Positions 1 through 14,100 of a DNA stretch of 64,000 nt are shown here, piece by piece. Origin of the DNA: Marsupella aquatica (lineage: Eukaryota; Plantae; Marchantiophyta); contig OZ316896.1 in the NCBI GenBank assembly GCA_973895155.1, positions 8,391,539 to 8,455,538 on the forward strand. The letters run 5' to 3'. The position numbers and the translations under genes are program-made. Position 1 is the first letter of the stretch. The number at the start of each line of letters is the position of its first letter. The notes under the pieces were generated by a model. It was not told the origin of the DNA. It did not search any database and was given only the letters and a program-made list of their open reading frames with translations.

Positions 1-2666
1 TTTTTCTCTGGGTGTGCTTCTTCTCATTGGCCCCCATTAATTGGTCTTTTTCCTTGCCTCCTCCTTTCAGGCAGATGTTTTCTTTTGTCCGGGTTTCCGG
101 TGGAATAAAGTTTTGGGGAATCTCCCCAAAAAAAAACCAAAAAAAAAACAAAAAGAGACGAGAGTACAAGTATGTCTGGTTTAGCTTTGAAACCAAAGCT
201 TTAAAATACTGGGGTTCCTATTGATTTAACCAGGGGACATCAGTAGGGGTGGGACGCCAAACTCGGTCCTGTCTCCCAAAGTAGGGTCATCTGGAATATA
301 ATAGGACCACATTCAAGAATCTCAAAGAAAGTACAATATTGCATTTGGGATGGTGAAAAATCAACTTGAGGGAGGGTGAAGGACGTGACACCAAGGAGGA
401 GGTAGGGAGGAAGATTCATATAGTCCTCTTGGGACCAAAGCACTAGTTGGTCATGGACCTTGTACCATTTTGCATCTTACAGTCACACACATGATGCTGA
501 TAATTTAAATTAACCATAATTGTCCAAGATTGTATGCAATGTAAGTTTACCAAATTATTGCCGTGGAGACTGTTACTTCTATGCCATATCAACAATCATG
601 CGTTTCCCTCCATCTTACTATAAAAGCTAGGACAAAGTCTACTCTTAAGGGCCTAAAGTCTAGAGTGAAGCCTCTAGACTCTCACCCCAGTACAGACAAA
701 GATGAACGAAATAACATGGAAATATTATTGTGCAAGATTTTTCTTCTTCATTTTTGCTTGCGTTCCCTTTTACATTCAAGGAAGAGGTAATCGGGCTAAT
801 CCAAGTACAAAACAAAACCTGAGTAGCTACTACCATAGCTAGTTACCTAGAAATGAAAGAAGATGACTGACGGAGTGATGACACTTGAGGGGCCCACATA
901 CATAGATTACTTGGGCAGGATTTCATTGAATTTTTCATAATTGACTTAGCTGTCCTTGGATGCAAGAAAACTGGCCTGGAGGTAGGCTGAAGTGGCAGGG
1001 GTGACTTGTGACCAGTTGGGTCGATGTTCAAACCCTGACCAGACACTCATACTCCAGTTTCAACTCTGGTATGACAATGGATTCTGTTTCTGCATGCAAC
1101 ATGGACTTTACTCAAATGGGTTCAATATGTCTTATGCACCATAAGCACTTGTAATGGTTATAGAAATTAGAGATCCTGGGTTTTACCAATCTGCAAACGA
1201 TTTGCATGACTTGTTGAAGGGCAAGTTCCCCTTCTAGAGAATAAAATAGTGGTCCAACTTGCATGACAAATTTTGAAGCTGACATATCGTGAATGCAACT
1301 TTCAGTATTGTCTTATTGAAACTTCATCTGTTATGTTATTTTATGTCAATGTGTCTTACCAAGGTGCATCCCTTGTATAGATTAGATTTTGAATTTATTG
1401 TGGCACCCCTCTATGTTTTTTAACCTTTGCTAAATTTTAGATCATCCACCCTTTAACAAAGCTCATGGTTTTGTGTCCTAAATTTATGGTTTTAGAGGCT
1501 TGTCACTATGCAAATAGGAGCAACGAAGGATCACAACAGCATCGTAAGATAATTTTTCCAGGAATTTAACTGTTTCCACCTTTCTCAGTATGTTTATGAG
1601 AACGTTTAGCATTTCGCAAGTGAGTAGAAGTGGCCAAAGTCCCTCGGCGATTGGAATAATGCTGCCAATCTCACCAAAATGTGAAGAGTTTCAACATGTC
1701 CAGCAAGAAAATCCAGTTGCGCCATCCTGAGACCATTCGATGGAATTGATCTAGCTAGCAATTTACAGTCAGCTGTTTTGAAAAGTGACTCTTGATACAT
1801 GCCAAAATTGGTAATACAAATTTTCTACTGCTTGTGGGCGGGGCATGGTCCAACAGGGTGAGAAACAATTCCTGGTTGCCTAAAAACCTGATCATATATA
1901 TAGAACAAGAACGAAGGAATGGGATACGGCCTCACTTAAGACCCTTCACCAGTCAATACCGAACTTGGCACCCGAAGAGCAAGCAATTTCTCAGGCTCGA
2001 ATAAGGACCCGAATGGGACTAAGAATATTGCCGATCACTGGATTCAGAACATAGCCAGAAAAATACTTGGCGACTAACAGGTGTTGGGACAGAAATGCTT
2101 GGAAGCTAATTAAAATGAATCACTCGGTGAACTTTCGCCAACTGCCAAGAACAGGAAATTGCACAGAACATCTGAAACCACAACGACATAAAAAGCATCT
2201 TGAGGGAAGAAGAAACGCCCTGCCTCCAATTGTTTCGCGAGGTTTGTGACCCTTCGCATTACCAGTGAAATGCGGTCTCCAATATGACGTCCGATACCTC
2301 TTTATTTAATACCCCAAACTCGACTGATTCCTCCTCCAAAAGGCAAACCTACAATGATTTGATGACCAGAGCCACCAGGGGCTCATCACTCAATTTCATT
2401 TTGGCACTGCATTGGTTAGAGTGGTCACCTGATCTTTATTTTCAGGACATTTGCCTGCCTGGTCGCACCACGTCTACTATATACATAGTCTCAAAAAGGA
2501 CACTCGACATTACTCGATTCTCTCAATCCTCATGCTCTCGTTCCCAAATAATGGAGCATTAACACCATCAGGGATGAAGGGCCCACTTCGTAGAAGTACC
2601 TAGGACATCTCAAGTACTTCATTAATCATTGAATCTGACCCGTCAAACTAACCGAGAAAGCTTGCT

Positions 2667-5124
2667 CTAAACGCTTTTTTCGTATCTAGAAGAGACATCT
2701 TTCCAGTTGACTACTTTCCATATATTCTTCAAGTAGTCGGGGCGCACATTCTTGTACTGCACGCATGTCAAACAGAGGGATCATACTGTCAGGACATCAT
2801 ATCAGCCTCCTTTGTCAAAATAGTACTGTCTTACATGCATCAATTGTGCAGTGAAAACCTGCTTTGCAAACTCCTTTTTAGTAACACCTATTTGCAGATA
2901 GTGAAAGATGGATACCAGCAAATGCTAACCTGAAGATAGTATGCATGTTCCCATACATCAATCCCCAGCAAAGGGATAAGGCCCTTGGTGACCAGCGGAT
3001 TCTGATAATCAAGACAGTTCCAGACCCGAAATTAAGCTATGGAAATGGGCCTCAGGGTACAAAATGAACAAAATCAAAAACTTAAAATAACTCAGACTAT
3101 CAACAGATGCTGCCCTTACCTGATTTGCAGTGGTGTCCACTATCAACTTCTTCAAATCCTTGTTGAGCCCTAGCCACTGAAAAGGTAGACCAAGGTTTCA
3201 GAAACTCAACCCAACTGGAAGAATAAAGAAGGGCTAACAGTTACAAAAATGCTATCTCGAAACAGACTAAAAGCCTTCCCTGAAAGCTATTTAGAAGGAC
3301 TTTGATATTTCAACGATATGGAATTCTTGCATTCAATGTGCTATCTTTTCCTCTCCAGGTCAACAAAAATAAGGCACCTAAAACTTTCAGATTGTGATCA
3401 GTCTCTTTGACATACCACCCAGCCAGAACCCTGAACTCCGGCACCACCAGTACTCATCATGGCTTTCAAAGCATCGAGACCCCCAAACTCTGCATCAATA
3501 GCTGCAGCAAGGGCTCCTTCTGGAGGTTCGCCACCACCCTCCTGGATGTTTATACATAATGTCAAAGGTAGGGACAAACAGTTCTTACCATAAGGAGCAC
3601 TCTAAGATCTAACACTGGTCAGGAAGTGTTCTGACTAGTGGACATCAATCCCTCGCGACTTGATAACAACAGGTCGTGTTACACTGAAGGAGCAAGGTTA
3701 CACCATAATAACACAATCGAAGATTCATGACCAAGGAGAAGACGGTATGCAATAACCTGAGCTTCAGCACTAACTACAAGCACGTGGTATGAGTAGGTCT
3801 TAGCACAAGTTAGTCAAAAAAAGTAAAGATGCTGACCGAAGTAGGAGCTAGATTCTTCCAGAAGATGCTGTGATTGACATGGCCTGCACATGGACCATTA
3901 CAAAATTGGATAAATTTATAAACTAGAACCAGGCACTGCACTAAGCATGCTGCAAAACTGGTCAAACAGAAAGGTTCCAGGTTCAGCGGGTGCTCATGCC
4001 CCTGACGAGAGACGAAAATTGAATAGAACCAAGAAAATTACTATTTTACCCATGGCATTTCAGGTCCAAAAGCTAATTCTGTCAACATGCAACGGGAAAA
4101 TCTAGCCCAAGCCAACACAAGGAAAATAACAATTTTGAAAATCAGACGTTCTCAAGTCTAGAATCCACAACCATTCTTGGCCCCTATACTCACAGGGATA
4201 AAAATTAAGGATGGCCTGATTCAATAGTTTGCATTTGATTTTGGGTTGGCGAAAAGAATCGAACATATACTGTTCGTGGAGTGGGAGAGAGGCGCCACGA
4301 GATTTTCTAAGAGTCCAAATTAAACTGTACGGGTTGTCGTGATCAAGTTTCGATGCCCAAGTTTATCATTCACTGCAACATGCTAAAAATTTTCAACAGT
4401 CTGAACCTTCAACTAAGGAGGAGCTGTAGACTAGTCGTGAAGACACATGTTCTAAGTCTGCTCAAAACTTGAGTGGTAACACCAGATGGCATACTCTACC
4501 ACACAAAGCTCCAGTTGCAAGCCATACGTGATTCCGGCGAATGAAAGCGTCCGATTGCCATCTCGGTTGAGCGAAAGTGGTGACCAACTGCAAGTCTAGC
4601 AGTGCCACAGGGCATGCTGATAAGATCTGATCCACAACTGTAAACCCAACAAATGGCAGTTGCGCCTCACCTAGTCATTCGCTTGCTCCTTCAGTGTTTC
4701 GACCGGTATAAACCTGGCACAAAATGCAATATAGGTCTTGGGAGAGGGACGGGGAGAGAGAGGAGGAGAGAGAAAGAGAGGAAAGGAGAGACTAAGGGAT
4801 GTTACCTCCGCCGTTGAATTTGAGGGCGGCCTGGAGCTGGACGATAGAAGAGGGATTGTGGGAGGATTTAGCGTCCTCGAGCTTCTCGAGCGCCTGGTTG
4901 AAGCCGGTGATGTAGGCTTGATGATGCTTGCCGTGGTGCAGCTTCATGATCTCGCCACTGATAACGGGTTCCAGTGCCCCATAGTCGTAGGGCAGCTCCG
5001 GCAGTTTGAACCCTTCTGCTGCCACGGTTGTGTTGCTCCTCCTTGTATGCTGCTGCAAACCCAACACTCCCCTGGCCTTTCGCACGATCTCTCCTCCTAC
5101 CCTTCGCTGCATCGCTGCTGCCAT
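2667..5124 (-). CDS. MSD1: Mitochondrial manganese superoxide dismutase, 6 exons, 236 aa
   Basis: Exons (minus) 5124-4806, 3883-3837, 3541-3416, 3176-3120, 3001-2930, 2756-2667, all GT-AG and in frame (711 nt). Motifs [63 protein letters not shown]; Arg-rich N-terminal presequence. Confidence 0.97.
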
Positions 5125-5997
5125 CTCTGTCCACTTCTCTCGTCTTTCCCCTGTCAAAATTCCACCTCTCCCGAAACACTATCAACAGTATCTTCTTGAT
5201 CCAGAAAGAGATGTGATGGTAAGTGGAGACGAGTATCCTGTATCTCCCGCTCCTCTACTCTCCTCTTTTTCAATCTCTGTCCATGTACACTCGGAGTTCT
5301 CAATCTGGTTCTCGTTTCTTGGTCGATGTGCAATCAAAAGTGTACTGTGGTGTATGCCCCGAAGAGAGCAGAGTTGTTGGTTGCCAGGTGTGACGAGATG
5401 AGGCGAGGTGGGTGGACAGAGGACAAGGAAGCCACTTGAGTTGAAGAACTTCACACAAATGTTCTTAGGAGGCTGACTCTGTGGTTTTCGGACTTGTAGA
5501 CAAATTCTTCGTGGTGATGTAGTTTTCTCTGAGTATTAGTGCTAAGTAGGGCTTTAGTTCCTTTGCCTTAGTGGGAGACTCTGAAGCTTCTTGGTCGTCC
5601 TGGGTTTCCCTTGTTGGTTTCTCTTTAATTTTGTGTATTTGATTTTTGATGGGTCTCCTCTCTTTGAGATCCTCTCTCCTGGTTTGGAGCATTTTGTTCG
5701 TACATCCATTTTGGTGGCCTGGTAAACCTCAACAACCACCCCCCCCCCCCCCCCCTAGCCCCCAAAATTTCCTGGGGTCACAATTGCCATCATCCAAACT
5801 ATGCAAATGGCATGCTAAATTCACCCCGCAAGTTTTATTATGTGTACCCCAACGGAGACTTACAACATTACCACTCTTCCTTGTCAAAATATATATTTGC
5901 CATTCGTTTTAATTGAGATTTACTTTGCCAAATTTTTTCAGTCTCATTAAATAGATCAAATATAGTTTAACTTGAAACATCCATGTCTACTACCCTA

Positions 5998-6156
5998 ACA
6001 GCAGCTCTCTTACTTTGCTCCCACCCCAACCTCACTCTGCCCCCTCCTTATTGGCACTCTTACTTTGCTCCCATCCCAACCTCACTCTGCTCCCTCCTTA
6101 TTGGCTCTCTTACTTTGCTCCAACCCCAACCTCAATCTGCCCCCTCCTTATTGGCT
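5998..6156. repeat. ~52-bp tandem repeat, ~3 copies
   Basis: Unit CTCTTACTTTGCTCCCAYCCCAACCTCACTCTGCYCCCTCCTTATTGGC seen three times. Confidence 0.85.
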
Positions 6157-8105
6157 GCCCCATTTCCCTGTCCTGCTTGGTGGAGGGTGGACAAGGTGCT
6201 GAGGTTAGCTTTAAGACCGTGACTATAGTCCAATGGTAAAAATTAACAGGTTGTTCAGCTTTGGATCATTCCAAGCTAGACAGAGTTACTTTGCTTAACA
6301 ACCTGTGAATATATGTGTACAAAGTAATTAAACTGAAAAGTGTGGCAATGTAGTAAATGTCATCACCTGAACCTGAACTCAACCTGCACTTCTAAAATCT
6401 TTAGGATGACCAACAAGATTAGACAACCAAGTTTAAAATATAATATCTAAACATTCGGAAGTTGCATTTTCAAATCTTTTTGACAACAAACAAGATGAGA
6501 CTATCTAGTTTAAAATATAATCTCTTAACGTTGCAGGACAAGCTCCGTGAAACTTCTGCAGTAATGAAGGAACGATTTAGACTCCTTAGTAAGGTCAACT
6601 TCTGCAGTAATGAAGCAACGATTGAGACTCCTTAGTAAGGTCCGGCTCGAGCTTTGAAGGCTGAGCTTTCTCCAAATGAAGCTGAAGATGCCATCCAATA
6701 CTACATGATCGTTCTGGTATAACCTTGATGGGTGACATGCTGCCTCAGGGTTGTCCTTTCGTTTATGTGCCAGGTTCCAAACAGAGTTCATCCGTTCCCC
6801 CAATGAAGAATTGACTCGCAGTATCTATTCCACATGCTTAAGATATTTTTCTAGAATACCCAAAAGCACTCTGACATTTCGAAATTGAAAAGCGCAAATT
6901 CACGAGAACAGGAAGGCTTCCGGGGGCCAATGACAGACAAAGGGCTAGGTACACAAGGGTAACCGCTAAGAATAATTTCAAACCTTGTAACAAACCAAAA
7001 TTGTGGATGCTTCCAGAAACTGGTGGAAGGACGATTATATTCTTTTAAGAAGAAAAAAAGGACGACTCAACGAACCTTCCAAGAGTTCGTCTGACTTAAA
7101 GTGGAAAAACGATCACAGGAGAGCTATGAGCCGAGTCAACACGAACTTTCCAAAAACCATGCTGACCTTCAATACTTTCAGTAATACTGGCATTGCATAA
7201 TTGGGATGAAGAGAAGGAAAGACTGACGACAGCAAAGAATGGAAATAACCACAACTGTCTGAGCAACAAACTCGGCCATGCAAGCGCCAATCAAAAGAAA
7301 ATTCTACAATTTCGCAGAGGTCAAAAGGACAAGGTAGAGGTCCCACGAAACACAAGCAGTAGACCGGTTGAGAAACACAGAGCGACAGACAGCTGAAGAT
7401 AAATTTTGGATGATATGGGGGTGGACTAACCGAGTCTCGATGATAAGGGTGCAGTATAAAATGGCCAAGACAGAGAGATCAAAGGCCTTCAACGACAGTG
7501 ACACACATTCATGAAATTAGTGAAAGAGGATTCACAGTATTCTCAGTTACTTCTACAGCACATTGCTTAAAATACAATGGAGCTGAATAATTGGATTTCA
7601 TGTACAAAGCTACAATTATTAAACAATGCTTCTAATAATGCATAAAGAATGTACTAACCATTTACCAACCGTCGACTGAAAACTGAACCCCACTTCGCTG
7701 AAACTAAATGCCCAAATCACACCAAACCGAAACCTCTACTTTGTCTTGGGAAGGATTGTACACCAACAATGGGACTCAAGGAATGACTGGACTACCCCCA
7801 GCCACCTTGTCCGTTCAAAATCGGTTATGGCTAATTTGATTGGCAAATATGCTTAAATTAACCGGAGCTACAAGGAACCCCCACCCTCGAGTTTCCTGGA
7901 TTAAGTGACCCGAGTGTTGCAAAGAAGCTCTATGGCTTAGAACTATTCCTTGCAATGCTAGTGATTACGTAAAGGTAAACTTTTTACACCCAACAATCTA
8001 TGTCGCTGTTTCCAGGATATTGAGCTCAGATGATGAGGGATTTGGGCCCTGTAAGGCAAAAGGCCAATACACAGAATGGAAGGTCGAGAGCTACTGCATG
8101 GAACA

Positions 8106-11100
8106 TCACAGTAAATCTAGCAAATTAGGCTGATCTTTTGCACCTGTTTTAGACCGAGGGGAGCCAATACCTCTAATGGGATTTCTCCCTTGTCCTTTAC
8201 CAAGCCCAGAGGGTGGTGGGGGTGCGAGTTTTCTGGGAGCTGGGTCTGGCTTCGACTGTCCTGAAATGAAGAAATCACCAAAATCAGATGCGGCAGGTTG
8301 TTGAGGTTTGATTTGCATTGCAGGATTCGACCACTCTGTCAGGTCCGATGGAGCATTGTTGGGGCGCATGTCCTTCATTGGAGGGCCCCCACTACCACTT
8401 GACCAGCTTGTCATCCGCACATCTCCTTTCTGGGTGGTGCTGCTAGAAACGCGCTGATTTGAGGCTGGCGAACTAAACGCAGTGGACGGTCGAGGAGGCC
8501 AGTCAGCAAATGGATCAAAATCATCCGAAGATGAAACGGGTGGAGTGCTGTTTCCGTCTGGATTCAGTGTCATGGAGGATTGCTCTCCTGCAACCTTTTG
8601 GCCACTGCCAAAGGAGGTGTTTTGTGCTGGAGGCCATTCAAGCGAGGGCTCTGGACTTGCTTTCTGTGTAGTAATCTCAGGCACAACAACATTTGGGACC
8701 ATCGAAGTGGACAAAGACACAGGGGGAAAGGCTGCAGCAGAAGAAGCTGAGACCTTCGCGACCAAATTCAATTTTGTCTGAGAGGATTCCACAGCACTCG
8801 AAGCTTTTTTAGCCTTGGTGATGGCATCCCAATCCTCGGCATCCCACGCAGCGCTGCCTTTATGCCCCCCATTAACTGCTGCTTTAGGTACCCCAGTGGT
8901 GCTTGATCCCAGGGCCATAGTTGACACATCAAGAGTGACTGGTTCAACCTCAACCACCGTCAAACCTCGCTTCTCCTCTATTTTCCTGTATAATATAAAT
9001 CAAACAAATTTGGAACTTTTTAGAAGATGAGACCAATTTCCCGTTCTGTTCGATTGAAAAACAAATACTACATCAAGACGTAGCACTGAAGCGGCGAAAT
9101 CCAGTCCCTGAGATAGCAAAACGTAGTGCTGTGTTTCTGGCTCATTGTACGGAAGGGTGTCTTTCCTCAATGATTGTAAGAAAGGGTAATTCTTAAGTTC
9201 AAGAAACTTCAAAAAGAGGAAGGATAGAAAAGAACAATTTCATGTTTCCTGCCTTTGAAAAATGCGAGATGTCAAACTCCGATTTCAGCGTAGAGGAACA
9301 ACTCGAGTTTATTTCACAATCTCCGCCAAATCCCACTAAGCAAAACATAGGTGTCGTCATTATCTGGAGTGCAAAGGATTCTTATGAATAAGGGAAATGC
9401 AGGTTTCCTAGGGACAACGTTGCGACGAGAATCAAGTGAAATACCTTAAAATTTCCTTAATAAAGTGCATATATTTTGCAAATTGGTGAAGGTTGAGTTG
9501 CTGCGCAATTAACAAGGGACCCAGTAGAGGCAGAAGATGCTCTGCAGAGAACTCGATCCCAAACTGATCAACCAAAAGGAACCATATTAGCATTACATTC
9601 TTCATCTTGCGACTTGACTAATTTTGAGACCCAACATCATGTGGTACAAACATTTACCTGTAAGCGTTGACAGGTAAGGGAAAGGAAAAGATATATGAGA
9701 CAGATCCAACCCTGCGAACTAAATGCAGAAATCCCGTTTCTCGACACAGCAGAAATGGACAGTTCCTTCCATAGCTACGCAAGCCTTTGCGTAACGCTCT
9801 GGACACAAATCCTACATATGCGTCTACCAGGAAATATCAAACGAGTACACACATTCTAAGCGAGGTGGTTCGAACGTAGCCCAACTCAAATCCTATCGTA
9901 GAGAAAATCTAGTGTAATTTTCCTCTGGAGCCAATCAAGATTTGAGAAAAAACATAACTACCTGCTTGTAAATGGCACTTGCAACTCCAAGTGTACACAT
10001 TAAAGTGGGTGCGGAGTGGTCAACAGCAGTGCACCGTTGTAATGTCCCTAATACTTCTATAACAGCTGGCTTGTCAAGTCGTTGAACCAGCTCCCCAAGA
10101 CAAAGTAAAGCATTTACTCGAACCTGCAATATTACCATAAATGTCATCAGAGAAAGGCATCAACTGGAAATAGTTGTACGGCAACTTAGCAGTCAGTCAC
10201 ACCCGGACACAGGAAATGAGCATAAACCTTAACCTGTGTCTGTATCATGCTGTCAATAATTTCTTGGCTCATCAATTGGGGATGGTTACAATAAAGCAAA
10301 ACACAGATCAGAAAATTCACTCTATATCACTAGTCTGAAGATTGTCCACCACATTAAGCAAATATCAGGGAAATAATTTTCCATGGCATGCATCTTCCAA
10401 CAGTCTTTAAGCCGCTTACAGCTGCCACCGATGTCTTAAGAGCAAGTCCATGCACCCGTGGTAGGATAGCCTGCTTGAGCATCTGCAATGAAAAGCAAGA
10501 CAGCGCTTGTTTATATCTGAATGGTTCCCGGGTTTGCTGATTAGTTGAAAGTTCGTTTTCATGTATTATACTCCCATAGGTATCAAAAACAAAACTTGTC
10601 AAACAATTTTGCCCAGAACAAAAGACTAGGAAGCATCCTTAACTGGCATAGAAAGAAATTGAGACCACCTTTTGCAATCATTGAATATATGATTTTTTCT
10701 ACTGCGTACAAATTTCAGTACCCATGAAAAACCGATTGCGATCGACAAACGCCATTCATAAGCCAAGTACGTGTAACTACTTTGCATCCTTATCATCCTT
10801 AAGAAATGAAAAATAACGTCAGGCTGCTACAGTACAATATGTTTTCTTCCAAACATATCACCCTCAAAATCAGAACAAAATCCCGTGATACTAGATGGAG
10901 TCAATTATCTGAGAAAATCTAGATGCAATAAGTTAAGAGGGGTTACATTAAAATCTAACTGCTTTGTGACAGAAAGAGTTCTCCGTAAGACTTCCTCCTG
11001 CATTCTCGCATCTGGATCATCGTATGCACGTACAAGCATTGGCATCACACCATTTGCCAAAACTTCTCCGGGAACCTGCAAGATTGTTCTAAGGTCAATA

Positions 11101-14100
11101 TAGCGGGGAAACAGTTGGATATAAAGACGAAGGGCTATCATCTGGTCAAAATGTATTAGGCATGTCCATCAATATAAAAAAGATAGATTAATTACCATTT
11201 TCAACTGAATGTTCAAAACTTCTTTGAAGAGAGCATTACTCTTGTTAGAAGAAAATCCATGCGAGGACTTGCACATAGCTCCAAGTGGTGAAAACAGGTT
11301 GGAGAAATCTTAGAAATACAATACGGTAAGATAGACCAGCAATGTGGCAAATAAGCAGATCACAGATGGCACTTGCCTTGTTGATCAACAGTCCAGCATG
11401 TTTGACAAGCAGCAAAAGGGTGTCTCCATGGGCTGAACTAAAAACAGGCAGAAGAGAGGGCAAAGTTGACAGCACGAAGTCGCTCTTATCCTGCACATGC
11501 ACAACACAAATTCCCTTCACTGAGAGAAACCGTGACCCGGGTTCGCAAGGCACCATCGAATGATTTGCTCATAGAGAACAAAGAGATCTTCACGCGTACT
11601 TAGACTGTGCTTGACCGTGTCAAGGAGAGGCTCTATTCAAGAAGTTCAATCGAGTTATTTTCGTCACACAATTGTGTACCTAGAACTACTAACGTTCCCT
11701 TGACTACAAAAGTCCATTACTTCAATTCCCGTACGAAAACCTCCAATAATTAAAAAAGTGCCATGTTGACATAAACACAACTAAAGAATTACATTCGGTT
11801 GATGACACTTGGGGAAGATCACTGCTTATCTCGAGAGAAGCCAACGTTCTGTGTGGTAATGTTACATATCAAAATGGTCACCCACAGTCTCACTGGTTCC
11901 AATAAGAGCTCGGACAAAGCTGCATCTAGAGAAGCTTCCCGCATATCAAATATCCCCCAACAATTTATCGAAGTGAAAAATACCTGAGCTTCAGCGATAG
12001 TCAAAACCATTGGTAGCACCATGGGTTGCATCACTTCATTCCGTAGCTCAGCACAGAGAGGAGCCAGGACCTTCACACAACAGAGAATAGCCCCAACTTT
12101 TGTCACACAAAAATAAGCTAAAAACAAAAGATTACAAACTAGGCCATAGAAAAGCTTCGTGAGGGCGTCAGTCGCCAGCAGCTGCTGTAGTCTTTCAAAT
12201 TCTTTCAGTCCCTCGACCTGCTACTCTGCCTGGCGTATTTCTTGTCCAAACTTCACCTTAATATACAAACTTCTGCACAAATCTTGACATCTTCTTGCTT
12301 TTGAAACTATAAAAAAAGTCAAAACCTTTTGGCCTACAAAGGAGGGCCGTGAAAAAACTTCAATACCAACACTCAGTAATCAGACAGCAACACGAACTCA
12401 ATGACAGAATGACAAAAACAACAAAACAAATGACCCGACCGCCTCAGCAGAGAATAGTACCTTATATCTAAGAACACGAGCATCAAACCCAGTCCACATT
12501 TCAGCGAGTGCTTTCAGAAAATCTGATTTCTGCATATTGTCTCTTTCCTGGCAACGGAAAAAAATCCACAAATCAGTTGATGCGTGAATCCAAATGAAAA
12601 AGCCCCAAGTCTTCCAATGAGAGCTCCTAGTGCAGAGATTAAACAACGTTCCTTTAAAAAAGGACCGCATGACACAAGAGCGGGAACAGAGGGGACAGGA
12701 CTTCTCAGAACACGAAACTCATGACACTGGGGACAACTAATGCCTGGAGTAACTCATCCAAAGACAAGTCTTAGTGATTTCGTTATCCTAGAAGTTGAAC
12801 ATTATGTCAACCTAAGCGAGCAAATATAAGCTTCGATGACACAATGAATGATTCCCTGACCAAGGGCTCAAATATGGACACAGGTCAAAGAGTGCAGAAA
12901 GTCTCCACTCCCATAAAGTTGAAAGAACTCACTGGTTAAACTCTTTACATCCGGCGTATCTAAGCAATGCTGTCCTTTCGTTTTACGGGAGACCGTAAAA
13001 ATGAGGAATGAAAAGTCTCCTTGGTGAGAGCTTACGAGCAATTAGAGACACCCAAATCAGAAATGCTAGACAGGAAGGCCAAAGTAGAAAAGTTTCTAAC
13101 CAGCATGTGATCAAGAAAGCGAAGTGCGCGTAACCGGGTGTCGTTTCGGAAATACGGAGAGCCTGTAACAAATATCAAAGGGCAAAATGTTAATCCGTGA
13201 CAGAAATACAGATTATTAGGTACTTCCTTGGAACACAAAGCTCTTATCCATAAGACCAATGAAATACATAGGAAACTGGTATTGCTTGACAAGATTTTGT
13301 CCCGCTAAGGTCTTCTAACGCAAAATCAAATAACAACCTTCTGGCTAAAACCACGACGCTTCCCTTCCCTCTCATATGCCTGACACAAGACAGTTTGGTC
13401 GGGCCAGCTTTGAGCAGCAGTAAGAACTCAGAAAGGAGTATACCTGTGAAATCTAAGGCACTGGGCCTGGCAAGCTCATCAGGATTGAGCATCCGACGCA
13501 AGTCTTGAACAAGTTCAGGTGGTATTTTGGTGAAGCTCTCATTAGAAAGGTATGTAACATTGCTTGTGTACTGCATCACCAATTCAACTAAGACACATGA
13601 GACTACCTGTAGTAAGAAACAAAAGCGACGTATATTCGGACTGCACTTCAACTGATACATGGAGAAGAGCACAAAGGAGATGAATGAACCTACTGTTCTG
13701 AGGTTATTGTTACATTGAAGAAGAGATCGTTGTGTAAGGAGATGATAAGCAACACAGGCAAGACTGAAAATATCAGTAGACGTTCGAGGCGAGGACCCTT
13801 GACCACGGGTAATCTCTGGTGCCACATATTCCAGCAATGGCTGGAGTGGCATCGCATTCTCCTCGACGTCATAGTCCTAATATCAAAGAACAAATATATT
13901 AAGTCACTGCAACCATTTGACCCGCACTAGCAATAAGAGTCGATAGAAATTAGAGCTGAGATGCATCAAAAAACAATGCGAGTTCTAATTTCAGTACTAA
14001 AGGCACTGGTTGAGTGCCACGTCTAACTGCTGCTTCTCACATTGCTGTGGGAGCTGAGAAGAAGGCTCTGGACATTTTCTCTACTTGAAGACAAATTGGC

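Noticed and set aside
4738-5401. Plus-strand ORFs of 153 and 131 aa
   Set aside because: Antisense shadows of the GC-rich MSD1 exon 1 and leader.
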